This document shows, piece by piece, positions 9,378-19,096 of a DNA stretch of 64,000 nt. The stretch comes from Candidatus Kaiserbacteria bacterium (GTDB taxonomy: Bacteria > Patescibacteriota > Minisyncoccia > Phycocordibacterales > UBA2100), in assembly GCA_016217925.1 (NCBI GenBank), contig JACRFK010000005.1, positions 44,170 to 108,169 on the forward strand, in the 5' to 3' direction. A program made the translations under genes and the position numbers. A model generated the notes under the pieces. It had not been told where the DNA came from. It was given only the letters and a program-made list of their open reading frames with translations, and searched no databases. Every line of letters begins with the position of its first letter. The first letter of the stretch is position 1.

Positions 9378-9383
9378 CGAAAG

Positions 9384-9417
9384 AAAAGCCGCCGCCCTGA
9401 GATGGGCGGCGGCTTCC
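9384..9417 (-). terminator. rho-independent terminator downstream of comFC (hairpin usable on both strands)
   Basis: gccgccgccc-tgagat-gggcggcggc stem, followed by a T-run on the minus strand. Confidence 0.55.
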
Positions 9418-9430
9418 ACTTTTACGACCA

Positions 9431-10141
9431 TCACGCACGGGCGAGCGCGAGTAGAGTGACTTCCGCGCCGGCGCGGCGCAGGGGTGTGGCGGCGTTCACG
9501 AGTGTTGCTCCCGTTGTCGTCACGTCGTCTATCAAAAATATATGCGTCTTGTTCACGAGCGCGGCGTTGGGCGCCATGAATGCTCCCGCCACATTGCTGA
9601 GCCGTTCCGGGCGGGGGAGACGGGTTTGTTGTTTGGTCGCGCGGACGCGGGCGAGGGCATGGGGAACGAATGTTGAAAGTGTGCTGTCGCGGAATTCTTG
9701 CGGCAGATTCTTCAGTACCAACTCTATCTGATTGAATCCGCGCTCGCGCACGCGGCCTGCATGCAGCGGCACGGGGACGATGAGGATTTTTTTCTGCGAA
9801 AATGCTCGCTGAGACGAGACCTCCTCGTGCAAATAATCCGCGAGCAGTGTCGCGGCGAGCCGCGCAGCGTGTCCCGACCCGTCGTACTTGAGCGAGCGGA
9901 CGAGGTCTTGCACGGCGCTTTGTCGGTAATCCATCAGAGTTGTGATGCGCGAGCCAAGGAGCTCGTGCACCGTTGGTGTGAGAGGAACATCTTCGGCCGT
10001 GCGCTCTTTGGTGCGCGCGCTTCGCGCGCGCAGGGGAAGGATGGTATCAAAGATCACTTCGAGAACGAATCGGAGCCTGATGAGCATCAACTTCATGGGT
10101 ACGATTGTATCGCATGCCCACACAGGGGAGACATATTTCAC
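9431..10141 (-). CDS. comFC: ComF-family phosphoribosyltransferase-domain protein (competence protein ComFC homologue)
   Basis: C-terminal type I PRTase motif IFLIDDVTTTGATL; start ambiguous (MKLMLIRL at 10096 also possible). Confidence 0.7.
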   Translation of the reverse strand: MKYVSPVWACDTIVPMKLMLIRLRFVLEVIFDTILPLRARSARTKERTAEDVPLTPTVHELLGSRITTLMDYRQSAVQDLVRSLKYDGSGHAARLAATLLADYLHEEVSSQRAFSQKKILIVPVPLHAGRVRERGFNQIELVLKNLPQEFRDSTLSTFVPHALARVRATKQQTRLPRPERLSNVAGAFMAPNAALVNKTHIFLIDDVTTTGATLVNAATPLRRAGAEVTLLALARA

Positions 10142-10188
10142 GCATACGCGGCGTGCAGGCTTTATAATGTCCTTATTGATGATGCGTC

Positions 10189-12396
10189 ATGAATCTATCC
10201 AAACTGCATACGAAATTCCTCATCCTTCTCATCGGCGTCGCACTTGCGCCTGTTTTAGTCGTCAGTACGGTAACGCTAATCCGATTCCAAAAGACACTCC
10301 AAACGGAAGCCTCGCGTCTCGGCAATCAGCTCGGCGCGACGGCCGCCGCGGAGATACAGTCGTTCGTCGTGTCGCAGCTCGGTGTTCTCGACCACACCGC
10401 GGTTCTGTATAAGCCTGGTTTCCCCGTTGAGCCCGCCGTAGCCGACAGCATACTTGAAAGCTTGCTTTTTCAGAACGAAAACTTTGTCGATATTTCCGTT
10501 GTCGACACAAGCGGTGTTGAGCGTGCCCGCAAAGACAGGGTTCTCGTCATAGACAAAAGCGACTTGCGCGATGTGAGCGAGACACTCGCATTCCGCGCGG
10601 TGGTGGCAGACGGAATCTATGTGGGTCCGGTATATTCGGTAGGCGGAAAGCCGTTTTTCGATATTGGGCACGATATACGCGACTCAGACGGGAAATTTGC
10701 TGGTGCGGTGCTCGCGCAGGTCGATGCCAAGGTTATGCCACTCGTTGTCAGTACTATATCGAAGATTGTGGGCGAGAATGGACGCGTCTACATCGTTGAC
10801 GACAGGGGAGTCGTTGTCGCGTATCCGGATATTTCGTACATGCTTGCGGAGAAGGATCTCTCGAGCCTTCCGCCGGTCCGGCAGATAATCGCGTCGCCCG
10901 AAGAAGCCGAGACGTCGGCGATCTATGTGAATGAGCTGGGGTTGCGGGTGCTTGGGTCCGCACACGCGATGACCATCGAGGTCTCACAGGGGTCGGGTGA
11001 GACATTCCGTATCAATTGGTTCGTTGTAGCGGAGCAGCCGGTCGACGTCGTTTTTGATGAATCACAACGCGCGGGGTTATTTCTGGCGATGATAGCGTTT
11101 TTGACGCTGCTCGGTGCCGGTGCGGTCGCATTTTATGCTGCCGGGAGGGTATCGGAGCCCATCGAGAACCTCCACGAAGCGACGAAAGAGTTCGGCAAGG
11201 GAAATCTTGCATATCGCGCACGCGTCGAGTCCAAGGACGAGATCGGCGACCTCGCAAAGAGTTTCAACGTGATGGCTGATACGCTCGCGCGATCGATTGA
11301 GTCGCTAAAAACGGAAGAACAGATCGTCTCTGCGGAGCGGAACAAGCTCAGCGTGATTCTCTCCGGAGTAACGAACGCGGTCATCGCGGTGGACCTCAAG
11401 GGATCGGTAATTCTCTTCAATCGAGCGGCGGAGATGCTTCTGGGAATAGCAGGGGCAAACGTTCTTGGTACGCCGGTCGGCAGTCTTATGCGGGTTTTCA
11501 ATGGAGATAAGGAGCTTGCAATCAACGAGTATTGCCCCCTGCAGTCCGGTACTTCTGAGGGACCCGTGTTCAGCAAGAACGATCTCAGGATCGTGGTGCC
11601 GAAGGGGGAGGAGCGTTATGTAAATATCGTTTCAGGCCACATCAGCGAGGGTCTGCAGAGCAATCTGGGGTGCATACTTACGTTGCAGGACATCACAAGC
11701 GAATATGCCATGGAGAGAACGAAACGTGAGTTCGTATCGATCGCAGCGCATCAACTGCGCACGCCACTTACCGGGATCGCATGGGTGCTCGAATCACTTG
11801 GAACGGTAGGTGTTACCGAAACCGCTCGCGCTCGTACCATCATCGAAGGTGGCCGTGGCGCGGTGCGACGGATGATCAGTCTTGTGGACGACCTGTTGGA
11901 TGTAAGCAAAATTGAGGAAGGTCAGTTCGGGATACAGATGAAAAAACAGTCGATAGTGCCGCTCGTTATGCGTGCATCCGAAACGTTCAAGGATCCGGCG
12001 CATGACAGGAAGATACTGGTAGGTGTTGACGTGCAGCAGCCGTTGCCAGAGGTATTGATAGATGAAGAAAAGGTAGAGATGGTATTGAACAACGTCATCG
12101 ATAACGCAATTAAATACACGCCCATTGGCGGGTCCGTGAACGTGAAGGCGGCACGCGAAGGGGATTCCGTGATCATCTCTGTAAAAGATAGCGGTATCGG
12201 CATCGCGAAAAACGAGACTGGTCGCATTTTCACCAAATTTTTCCGCTCGCCGAGAGCGCTTTCGTATTTCACCGATGGCAGTGGCCTTGGACTCTATGTT
12301 GCAAAGAATATTATCGATCAACATGGGGGAAATATATGGTTCGAGTCGGAGGAGGACAAAGGAACGACGTTCCATTTCTCTTTCCCAGTATCGTGA
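10189..12396 (+). CDS. sensor histidine kinase with Cache-like periplasmic domain, HAMP, PAS, HisKA and HATPase_c
   Basis: N-terminal TM; HAMP-like (IENLHEATKEFGKGNLAYRA); H-box AAHQLRTPLTGIAW; G-boxes DSGIGI, GSGLGLYVAK. Confidence 0.85.
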   Translation: MNLSKLHTKFLILLIGVALAPVLVVSTVTLIRFQKTLQTEASRLGNQLGATAAAEIQSFVVSQLGVLDHTAVLYKPGFPVEPAVADSILESLLFQNENFVDISVVDTSGVERARKDRVLVIDKSDLRDVSETLAFRAVVADGIYVGPVYSVGGKPFFDIGHDIRDSDGKFAGAVLAQVDAKVMPLVVSTISKIVGENGRVYIVDDRGVVVAYPDISYMLAEKDLSSLPPVRQIIASPEEAETSAIYVNELGLRVLGSAHAMTIEVSQGSGETFRINWFVVAEQPVDVVFDESQRAGLFLAMIAFLTLLGAGAVAFYAAGRVSEPIENLHEATKEFGKGNLAYRARVESKDEIGDLAKSFNVMADTLARSIESLKTEEQIVSAERNKLSVILSGVTNAVIAVDLKGSVILFNRAAEMLLGIAGANVLGTPVGSLMRVFNGDKELAINEYCPLQSGTSEGPVFSKNDLRIVVPKGEERYVNIVSGHISEGLQSNLGCILTLQDITSEYAMERTKREFVSIAAHQLRTPLTGIAWVLESLGTVGVTETARARTIIEGGRGAVRRMISLVDDLLDVSKIEEGQFGIQMKKQSIVPLVMRASETFKDPAHDRKILVGVDVQQPLPEVLIDEEKVEMVLNNVIDNAIKYTPIGGSVNVKAAREGDSVIISVKDSGIGIAKNETGRIFTKFFRSPRALSYFTDGSGLGLYVAKNIIDQHGGNIWFESEEDKGTTFHFSFPVS

Positions 12397-12450
12397 TCTG
12401 CAGGACGCGCAGGCCCGATGCCCGTGGGGTTGCTTATGCACAGCTAGCGA

Positions 12451-13656
12451 GTGGAGGGCGCGATATGCCGCTATATACTTCTAGGTATGCCTCCGCAAGA
12501 GAGTGTTGGGACAGGTGTCGGCACGCCTCCACAAGAACCCGTATCTCCTGAACCGGTGGAGCCTTTCGTCCCCACACGACCACTACGCGCCGTCGTAGGT
12601 GCACTCATCGCGGTTGTCGCGGTCGGCGCAGCTTTCTACGGATACAAGCTTTTGAGAGCGAGTCTCACCCCACCCGCACCCGCAAAAACATATGTCATCG
12701 GTATACTCTACTACCCGCAGCAGAATGATGCGGTCATCGCCTTTCAACAAAATATGGAGAGGCTCGGCTACAAAGAGGGGGTGAACGTGCGCTACGACCT
12801 GGCCAAAGTCTCTGTAGGGCCGACCATGATTGAAGAGTTTACGGCAGCAGCGGACCGGATGATAACTGCACAGGAAGACCTGATCTACGCGACATTCGAG
12901 AACGAGACCGCGATAGCGCTCCAAGAGTCTAAAAAGTACGGGAGCGATGTCCCGATCGTTTTTCTCACACGCTTCCACGATCCGGTGGAATACGGACTCA
13001 TCAATTCATATAAATCGTCTGGAAATAACGCGACAGGTATCGCGACGAATGTTTCCGAGACGATCGGTCGCACGCTCGGCTTTTTAAAAGAGATACGTCC
13101 CAATCTCAAGAAACTCGGCGTATTCAGTGATGGCTTCATGGTGGGTGACATCGGCGGCGCGTATCTCATCGAGCTCAGAAAGCAGGCGCCGAAATTCGGC
13201 ATGGAAGTCGTCGAATACAAAACGTCTGCACCGCCGGGGGAGGCGGAAGCGGAATTCCAGCGGGTGGCGGCGTCGATAAAACCCGGCGACATTGACGGCC
13301 TGTTCCACATCGCGGGTCACTTCATCGGTCCGCAGGAGGCCCTTGAGAATGAACTTGCGACGCGTCTCAAAATACCGATGTCAGCTCCCAACGAAGACCT
13401 TCCCAACGGTGGCATGTTCTCGTATTCGGACCTTGCTTCCGCTGCGGGTGAGCAGGCGGCTGTTTTGGCAGATAAGATATTCAAAGGCGCGAAACCATCG
13501 GACATCCCCGTAGAGTTTAATGCGAAATATGAACTCACGCTCGTCTTAGGACGCGCGCGTGCCGCAGGCATCACATTCCCCGATTCGATGCTCTTCATTG
13601 CAACGAACAAATACGAGGATAGTAGCAGTTTCCCCGAGGTTCTCCACGAGCGGTAG
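12451..13656 (+). CDS. membrane-anchored ABC-transporter-type substrate-binding protein (ABC_sub_bind-like)
   Basis: N-terminal TM helix, then a periplasmic binding-protein-like fold; sits immediately after the sensor kinase. Confidence 0.5.
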   Translation: MEGAICRYILLGMPPQESVGTGVGTPPQEPVSPEPVEPFVPTRPLRAVVGALIAVVAVGAAFYGYKLLRASLTPPAPAKTYVIGILYYPQQNDAVIAFQQNMERLGYKEGVNVRYDLAKVSVGPTMIEEFTAAADRMITAQEDLIYATFENETAIALQESKKYGSDVPIVFLTRFHDPVEYGLINSYKSSGNNATGIATNVSETIGRTLGFLKEIRPNLKKLGVFSDGFMVGDIGGAYLIELRKQAPKFGMEVVEYKTSAPPGEAEAEFQRVAASIKPGDIDGLFHIAGHFIGPQEALENELATRLKIPMSAPNEDLPNGGMFSYSDLASAAGEQAAVLADKIFKGAKPSDIPVEFNAKYELTLVLGRARAAGITFPDSMLFIATNKYEDSSSFPEVLHER

Positions 13657-13809
13657 AGCACGTTTTTAAACCTGCGCTTCAGTGCGAGCTTCTCTGCGGT
13701 CGCTATCTGGCGCTGCTGCGCCAGCGCTCAATCTCGCCGCCGCCGCGGCTGCGAAGACCGCAGAGAAGCCCGCCCCTCGCTCCGGTTAGACGTTTTAAAA
13801 CATGCTCTA
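13654..13809. mobile_element. repeat family B copy 2: MITE-like element starting at the TAG stop codon
   Basis: TAGAGCACGTTTTTAAAC...GTTTTAAAACATGCTCTA terminal inverted repeats; divergent interior carrying its own long inverted repeat (gcttctctgcggtc...gaccgcagagaagc). Confidence 0.6.
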
Positions 13810-13830
13810 GTGGTACAATGGCGAAATGGA

Positions 13831-13911
13831 CCCCGTTAGAAGCTTTGTGGAATTTTCACTGGTAGCAAAAAGTATCGCTCGAATTTCAATATCCTATGGC
13901 TTCTAACGGGG
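13831..13911. repeat. repeat family C copy 1: 13-nt perfect dyad CCCCGTTAGAAGC...GCTTCTAACGGGG around a 55-nt AT-rich loop
   Basis: The 3' arm encodes the ATG and first codons (MASNGV) of the downstream gene. Confidence 0.6.
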
Positions 13912-14237
13912 TGGACCTCGCGCAAAAGAAGTGTGTTGCATGCGAAGGCGGCGCAGAGCCAATGACTCCCATGGAGGCGATGGCGCTCCTCACGCACCTC
14001 AAGGGGTGGGCGCTGGCAAAAGATTTTAAAAAGATATCAAAACAATTCAAGTTCAAGAATTTTCTTGAAGCAATGGAGTTTGCCAACAAGATAACGCCGA
14101 TAGCGGAAGCAGAAGGCCATCATCCTGACCTCGAAATAGGCTGGGGAAGGGTCGGTATCGAACTCACCACGCACGCCATCAAGGGTCTTTCCGAAAATGA
14201 CTTCATTTTGGCTGCCAAGATAGACAAAATTGCGTGA
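13896..14237 (+). CDS. phhB: pterin-4a-carbinolamine dehydratase (PCD/DCoH)
   Basis: EGHHPD...W..V...L.TH...GLS motif; 113 aa. Confidence 0.8.
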   Translation: MASNGVDLAQKKCVACEGGAEPMTPMEAMALLTHLKGWALAKDFKKISKQFKFKNFLEAMEFANKITPIAEAEGHHPDLEIGWGRVGIELTTHAIKGLSENDFILAAKIDKIA

Positions 14238-14317
14238 CCCCGTTAGAGGCTTCGAGAACTATGCGTATGCCGTTGTTCGTTCCGCAACGAAAAGAATGAC
14301 CGTGGCCTCTAACGGGG
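14238..14317. repeat. repeat family C copy 2 (CCCCGTTAGAGGC...GCCTCTAACGGGG), between PCD stop and pilM
   Basis: Starts directly after the TGA stop of PCD; the 3' arm is followed by a TATAAT box and then the pilM ATG. Confidence 0.6.
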
Positions 14318-14332
14318 TGATATAATTTCACA

Positions 14333-15481
14333 ATGGCGTTCTCTCTGAGCAACGTTCTCAAAAGCTTTACCTCACTCGGAAAATCAGCCGAGGGGAGTGT
14401 GTTGGGGATAGACATCGGTGCATCAAGCGCGAAGATCGTTCAACTGCGCACATCGCGCGGGGCCGCGATACTCGAAACCTATGGCGAAATAGCGCTTGGC
14501 CCCTACGGGCAGCAAGCTATCGGGAAGGCGGTCAAACTTACGCCAGAAAAGATTGCAGAGGCGCTTACTGATGTGATGCGCGAAGCAAATGTAACCGCAC
14601 GCGAAGGTGGACTCTCCATTCCTTTTTCCTCGAGCCTCGTCTCGGTGATAGACCTGCCGCAGAGCGAGCCCGATCAGTTGAAGCGCATGATACCGATCGA
14701 GGCGCGCAAATACATTCCGATACCGATAAGCGAAGTGACGCTCGATTACTTCGTCATTCCGCGCGAAGAAGGGGAAGGGAGCGCTTTCGATCGTGTCGAA
14801 GCAAAGACGCCTATGCAAGCGAAAGGCCAGGAGGTGCTCCTCGTCGCCATCCACAATACGACGCTCAAAGACTATCAGACCATTGCCGGGACAGCAGCGC
14901 TCAAGATTAATTTTTATGAGATCGAGATATTTAGCGCCGTACGTTCTTCCGTAGCGCATGGGATCGCACCCGTTCTTGTCGTCGACCTCGGAGCGGCGAC
15001 GACGAAGATCTATGTTGTCGAGCGTGGCGTCGTACGCTCCTCGCATCTCGTTTCCGTAGGGGGTCAGCACATGACAGAGAACCTCGGTCGTTCGATGGGG
15101 TGGGAGTTCGAGAAGGCCGAACGTGTGAAGCGCGAACGCGGGCTCATAGATTCCAACGCATACAGTACCGACGAAAATGACAAGATCAAGACAGCGCTGT
15201 TATCAACACTTACACGTGTGTTTTCCGAAGTGAATCGGGTACTATTGGGCTACGGGCAGCGATACAACAAAAATGTATCGCGCGTGGTCCTCGCAGGCGG
15301 CGGGGCGTCGCTCCCGGGCATTGCCGCGGCGGCGCACGAAAGTTTGTCTGCGGAAGTCGAGATCGCTAATCCTTTTTCGCATACGGAGGCGCCAGCGTTC
15401 CTCGAAACTGTACTGCGCGAAATAGGCCCGGGATTTTCGGTCGCCGTGGGTGTCGCGTTGCGCAAGCTCAAAAGCAGCTAA
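14333..15481 (+). CDS. pilM: type IV pilus assembly protein PilM (actin-like ATPase)
   Basis: GIDIGASSAKIVQL N-terminus; FtsA/actin-like fold signature; first gene of the pilMNO block. Confidence 0.85.
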   Translation: MAFSLSNVLKSFTSLGKSAEGSVLGIDIGASSAKIVQLRTSRGAAILETYGEIALGPYGQQAIGKAVKLTPEKIAEALTDVMREANVTAREGGLSIPFSSSLVSVIDLPQSEPDQLKRMIPIEARKYIPIPISEVTLDYFVIPREEGEGSAFDRVEAKTPMQAKGQEVLLVAIHNTTLKDYQTIAGTAALKINFYEIEIFSAVRSSVAHGIAPVLVVDLGAATTKIYVVERGVVRSSHLVSVGGQHMTENLGRSMGWEFEKAERVKRERGLIDSNAYSTDENDKIKTALLSTLTRVFSEVNRVLLGYGQRYNKNVSRVVLAGGGASLPGIAAAAHESLSAEVEIANPFSHTEAPAFLETVLREIGPGFSVAVGVALRKLKSS

Positions 15482-15484
15482 TGT

Positions 15485-16189
15485 ATGGTTGATACAGGCA
15501 TATCAGGTTCATTCATACCGCATGACACGTCGGTCGCACCTCCCGCACGCAGTAGCGGAGGTGGAGGGCTCAGCGATCTTCTTCTCCTCTGTGCAATAGT
15601 GCTTCTTGTCGCATCGGCCGCTCTTGCGATCGGTGTTTTTCTGTATGGACAATATCTGACGACCGAAAGTAGCGCAAAATTGTCCCAGCTCGAACGTGCG
15701 AAAGCGGCATTTCAGCCGGCTCTTGTGCAACAGTTCACGCGGCTTGACGATCGCATGCACGCAGCCGATCAGATCTTGAGCAGGCACCTCGCCCCGTCGC
15801 GTTTTTTCTCGGCACTTGAGGCTGCGACACTGCAAACCGTTTCATTCCAGACGCTGGATATTCAATCAGCTGATTCATCGAATTTGTCCATAGCTATGGC
15901 TGGAGTCGCACAAAGCGTAAACTCGATAGCGCTCCAGGCGGATCTTTTCAGCAAAAACGGAGTGATTACAAGCCCGATATTCTCCAATATCACACGACAA
16001 GCAGACGGCGTTCATTTCAAACTCTCCGCCACCGTGAATTCGGCAGCGATTCGCTTCAGCGGTGAGGGCGGGAGCCAAGAGACAGGTACTCAGAACGTAT
16101 CCGCGCCGGCTCAAAGCACATCTCCGTTCGACGCACGCACAGCTACTTCCACACAAGCACCAAAATCTTCGGCCACACCTCAAAACTGA
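15485..16189 (+). CDS. pilN: PilN-like pilus assembly membrane protein
   Basis: Single N-terminal TM followed by a periplasmic domain; position after pilM. Confidence 0.5.
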   Translation: MVDTGISGSFIPHDTSVAPPARSSGGGGLSDLLLLCAIVLLVASAALAIGVFLYGQYLTTESSAKLSQLERAKAAFQPALVQQFTRLDDRMHAADQILSRHLAPSRFFSALEAATLQTVSFQTLDIQSADSSNLSIAMAGVAQSVNSIALQADLFSKNGVITSPIFSNITRQADGVHFKLSATVNSAAIRFSGEGGSQETGTQNVSAPAQSTSPFDARTATSTQAPKSSATPQN

Positions 16190-16193
16190 TCAT

Positions 16194-16829
16194 ATGCGCT
16201 TCATTATTGCAATCGTCGGTGTCGTTCTCGCAGGGAGCATATTCTTTTGGTACACAAAACCCGCGTACGACAAAGTGCAGGGGACGCGGGGCACCATCGC
16301 GCAATACGATGCGGCACTTAACAAAGCCACAGAACTTCAGCAGTTGAAACAGACGCTGCTCATGCGTTTCAATACGTTCAGCCCAGCAGACCTAGACCGC
16401 CTCCAGAAACTGCTACCCGACCACGTGGACAACGTACGCCTTATTCTTGACCTCGACAATCTCGCAGAAGACCACGGGCTCGCTCTCCAGAATGTTGACG
16501 TTTCGAGTTCACAAAAACAGGTGACAAAAGGATCATCGGTCATTGGAGCGGTCGGTGGTTCAAATCAAAAGTATGATTCGCTCACACTAACGTTCGGCAC
16601 TGTCACCACGTACTCCGAATTCGTACGATTCTTGACAGACCTTGAGGCGAGCTTGCGCATTGTTGATCTCGTCTCCCTCTCGATCACACCATCCGGGAAC
16701 GCTGCTTCTTTTGCGTCAAGTGCGACGAATCCGTTCCTGACGTCTGGTGCGAAAGCAACAGCTCCCGTGAAGTCGACCGAACCACTCTACGTTTTTAACA
16801 TCTCACTCCGAACGTACTGGCTTAAATAA
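16194..16829 (+). CDS. pilO: PilO-like pilus assembly membrane protein
   Basis: N-terminal TM (FIIAIVGVVLAGSIFFW), then a coiled region; position in the operon. Confidence 0.5.
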   Translation: MRFIIAIVGVVLAGSIFFWYTKPAYDKVQGTRGTIAQYDAALNKATELQQLKQTLLMRFNTFSPADLDRLQKLLPDHVDNVRLILDLDNLAEDHGLALQNVDVSSSQKQVTKGSSVIGAVGGSNQKYDSLTLTFGTVTTYSEFVRFLTDLEASLRIVDLVSLSITPSGNAASFASSATNPFLTSGAKATAPVKSTEPLYVFNISLRTYWLK

Positions 16830-16830
16830 T

Positions 16831-17190
16831 ATGCAAACGCTTCTCCAACATAAACTCATACTCGTTGCGTGCGCGCTTCTTGTCGCGGGGGGCGTGTGGT
16901 ATGGCATGTCGTCGACCCCCGCAGCGCCCGACCTTACTTCTACTCCGGCTACAGCGGGTACCTCCTCGGTCGATCAAGGCATCGTCCCGACCCTGCTCAC
17001 ACTGCGAGCGGTCAAGTTGGATGGCACGGTATTTTCAGATCCCACATTCACGCAATTAAAGGACTTTTCGACAGAGATAATCGAGGAGCCTGTTGGTCGT
17101 ACGAACCCGTTCGCTCCATTTTCTTCTCCGTCACAGCTGTCGGCGAGCAGCACCAAGGGGACACAAACTTTCCAGCCCAGAGGTCAATAA
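16831..17190 (+). CDS. small pilus-associated membrane/periplasmic protein (PilP-like?)
   Basis: N-terminal TM, Ser/Thr-rich; position between pilO and pilB. Confidence 0.35.
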   Translation: MQTLLQHKLILVACALLVAGGVWYGMSSTPAAPDLTSTPATAGTSSVDQGIVPTLLTLRAVKLDGTVFSDPTFTQLKDFSTEIIEEPVGRTNPFAPFSSPSQLSASSTKGTQTFQPRGQ

Positions 17191-17196
17191 CGTTGT

Positions 17197-18933
17197 ATGC
17201 CGGGAGAGGGAACCACGACGGCACCTAGAACAAGCGCTCAGCCTATTGGGGATGTGCCGGTGCGCACTATCGGAGAGACCAAGATCGCCTATGAGATACT
17301 CCGGTACATACCCGAGGAGTCAGCGACCCATTACGGATTAGTTCCGATTGGTGTTACGGAAGGTGTTCTTGAAGTCGGAATGCTGGACCCGACTAACATC
17401 GATGGTGTCGATGCGCTTAATTTCATCGCACGGACGTCTGGAATGCCTTTCAAAATCTTTCAGATCAGCAAGGACGACTTCGATCATGTATTGGGAATGT
17501 ATCGTGGGCTCGGTGGTGAGGTTGAGCGAGCAGTCTCGGATCTTGCGACAGAGAGCAAACAAGAAAAAGGAAAAACAGGCGACCACGAGAACTCCTCTCT
17601 CGACCTCGAAGACCCCTCTATAGGAAGAGGCCCAGGTGAGGGCAGAGCAAATATCCAAGAAGACGCGCCGACAATCAAGATCGTTTCGACAATACTACGA
17701 TACGCCGTTGATGGGAAAGCGTCCGACGTACACATAGAACCGCAGCCATCCGGTGTACGCGTCCGCTATCGTGTCGACGGCGAATTACACACGAGCGTCA
17801 TATTACCTCTCAGCACGCACCGCGCGCTCGTTGCGCGCGTGAAGGTCCTCGCTTCTATCAGGCTCGACGAAATGCGCAAGCCGCAAGACGGTCGCTTTTC
17901 GGCGTCGATAGACACGCGTCAGATCGACTTCCGTGTATCCACATTCCCGTCGTACAACGGGGAAAAGGTGGTCATCCGTATCCTCGACCGCGATCAAGGA
18001 TTCATTCCTCTCGACCAAATAGGCCTCACGCCACGCAATCTAACAGCGATACGAAAAGCGGTCGCCGCTCCACACGGACTGGTCCTTATCTCGGGACCGA
18101 CGGGTTCCGGAAAATCGACGACACTGTATTCGATGCTCTCAGAGGTCGATCGTGAACACAAGAACGTCCTCTCGCTTGAAGACCCTATCGAGTATTACGT
18201 CGAGGGGGTCATTCAGTCACAGGTGCGTCCCGAGATTGGGTACACGTTTGCCAATGGTTTGCGCACGACCCTGCGCCAGGACCCGGACGTCATCATGGTG
18301 GGCGAGATACGCGATGGCGAGACCGCTAAACTTGCCATCCAGGCGGCGCTCACGGGCCACCTGGTGTTGTCGACGATACACACCAATGATGCGATCGGTA
18401 CTATTCCGCGCCTCATCGACATGGGAGTTGATCCATACCTCATCCCGCCGGTCCTTATTCTTTCCATCGCGCAGCGGCTCGTGCGCACCTTTTGCCCTGA
18501 TGCGGCGCAAGAAACCGCGCTCAGCGTGTCGCAACGCAAAAGCATCGAGAAACAACTCGGGTCTCTTCCGGAAAAGTATCGCTTTAAGGTGCCTGATGTG
18601 GTGTATGAGCCGGTACGCACTCCGACCTGTCCGACTGGTCTTCGCGGACGCCAGGCAGTGTTCGAGGTCCTCGAAATGTCTTCAGATATCGAGAAGATCA
18701 TACTCGACAATCCGGTCGACTCGCGCATTTGGGCGGCGGCGCGTGCACAAGGCATGATGACCATGCAAGAGGATGCTATGATTAAAGCGTTCGATAAGCG
18801 CGTTCCGTTCTCTGAAGTGAATGGCCTCTCCACGCTTTTGCTCGCTGGCGATGAGGACCACGAAGTGGGAGCGGAGCCCGCAGACAAAGAAGCTTCGCCC
18901 GAGGCGGAGACGCCTGGGGCCACGAATGTATGA
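17197..18933 (+). CDS. pilB: type IV pilus assembly ATPase PilB/GspE
   Basis: N-terminal GspE_N (MshEN-like) domain; Walker A GPTGSGKSTT; Asp/His boxes; 578 aa. Confidence 0.9.
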   Translation: MPGEGTTTAPRTSAQPIGDVPVRTIGETKIAYEILRYIPEESATHYGLVPIGVTEGVLEVGMLDPTNIDGVDALNFIARTSGMPFKIFQISKDDFDHVLGMYRGLGGEVERAVSDLATESKQEKGKTGDHENSSLDLEDPSIGRGPGEGRANIQEDAPTIKIVSTILRYAVDGKASDVHIEPQPSGVRVRYRVDGELHTSVILPLSTHRALVARVKVLASIRLDEMRKPQDGRFSASIDTRQIDFRVSTFPSYNGEKVVIRILDRDQGFIPLDQIGLTPRNLTAIRKAVAAPHGLVLISGPTGSGKSTTLYSMLSEVDREHKNVLSLEDPIEYYVEGVIQSQVRPEIGYTFANGLRTTLRQDPDVIMVGEIRDGETAKLAIQAALTGHLVLSTIHTNDAIGTIPRLIDMGVDPYLIPPVLILSIAQRLVRTFCPDAAQETALSVSQRKSIEKQLGSLPEKYRFKVPDVVYEPVRTPTCPTGLRGRQAVFEVLEMSSDIEKIILDNPVDSRIWAAARAQGMMTMQEDAMIKAFDKRVPFSEVNGLSTLLLAGDEDHEVGAEPADKEASPEAETPGATNV

Positions 18934-19096
18934 CCCCGTTAGAGGCTTCGCGTTTCAAAAAACAATAAATGTATGAACCCCGTTAGAAGCTTCGTAAAAT
19001 ATCTTTCAGTATGTACTTTATAATTTATTGCCCAATATCCTATGGCTTCTAACGGGGTGAACCAAGCAGATACAAATAAAGAGGCCTCTAACGGGG
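18934..19096. repeat. repeat family C copy 3: nested double dyad (outer CCCCGTTAGAGGC/GCCTCTAACGGGG, inner CCCCGTTAGAAGC/GCTTCTAACGGGG)
   Basis: 5' arms at 18934 and 18978; 3' arms at 19045 and 19084; both 3' arms are translated in-frame as MASNGV...EASNGA at the N-terminus of the receiver protein. Confidence 0.6.

Noticed and set aside
9010-9380. Possible structured RNA (RNase P RNA, SRP RNA or tmRNA) in the 370-bp gap between tRNA-Ser and the comFC terminator
   Set aside because: None of the conserved blocks were found on either strand: RNase P GGAAAGUCCGG or ACAGAACCCGGCUUA, SRP domain IV GGAAGGAAGCAGC, or a tmRNA tRNA-like end with resume codon context. Left unannotated apart from a weak ORF.
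13831-19096. Family C dyad repeats as integron attC recombination sites
   Set aside because: attC sites read 5'-RYYYAAC...GTTRRRY-3'. Here the cores are in the opposite order (5'-GTTAGAR...YTCTAAC-3') on both strands, and no integron integrase or attI is present nearby.
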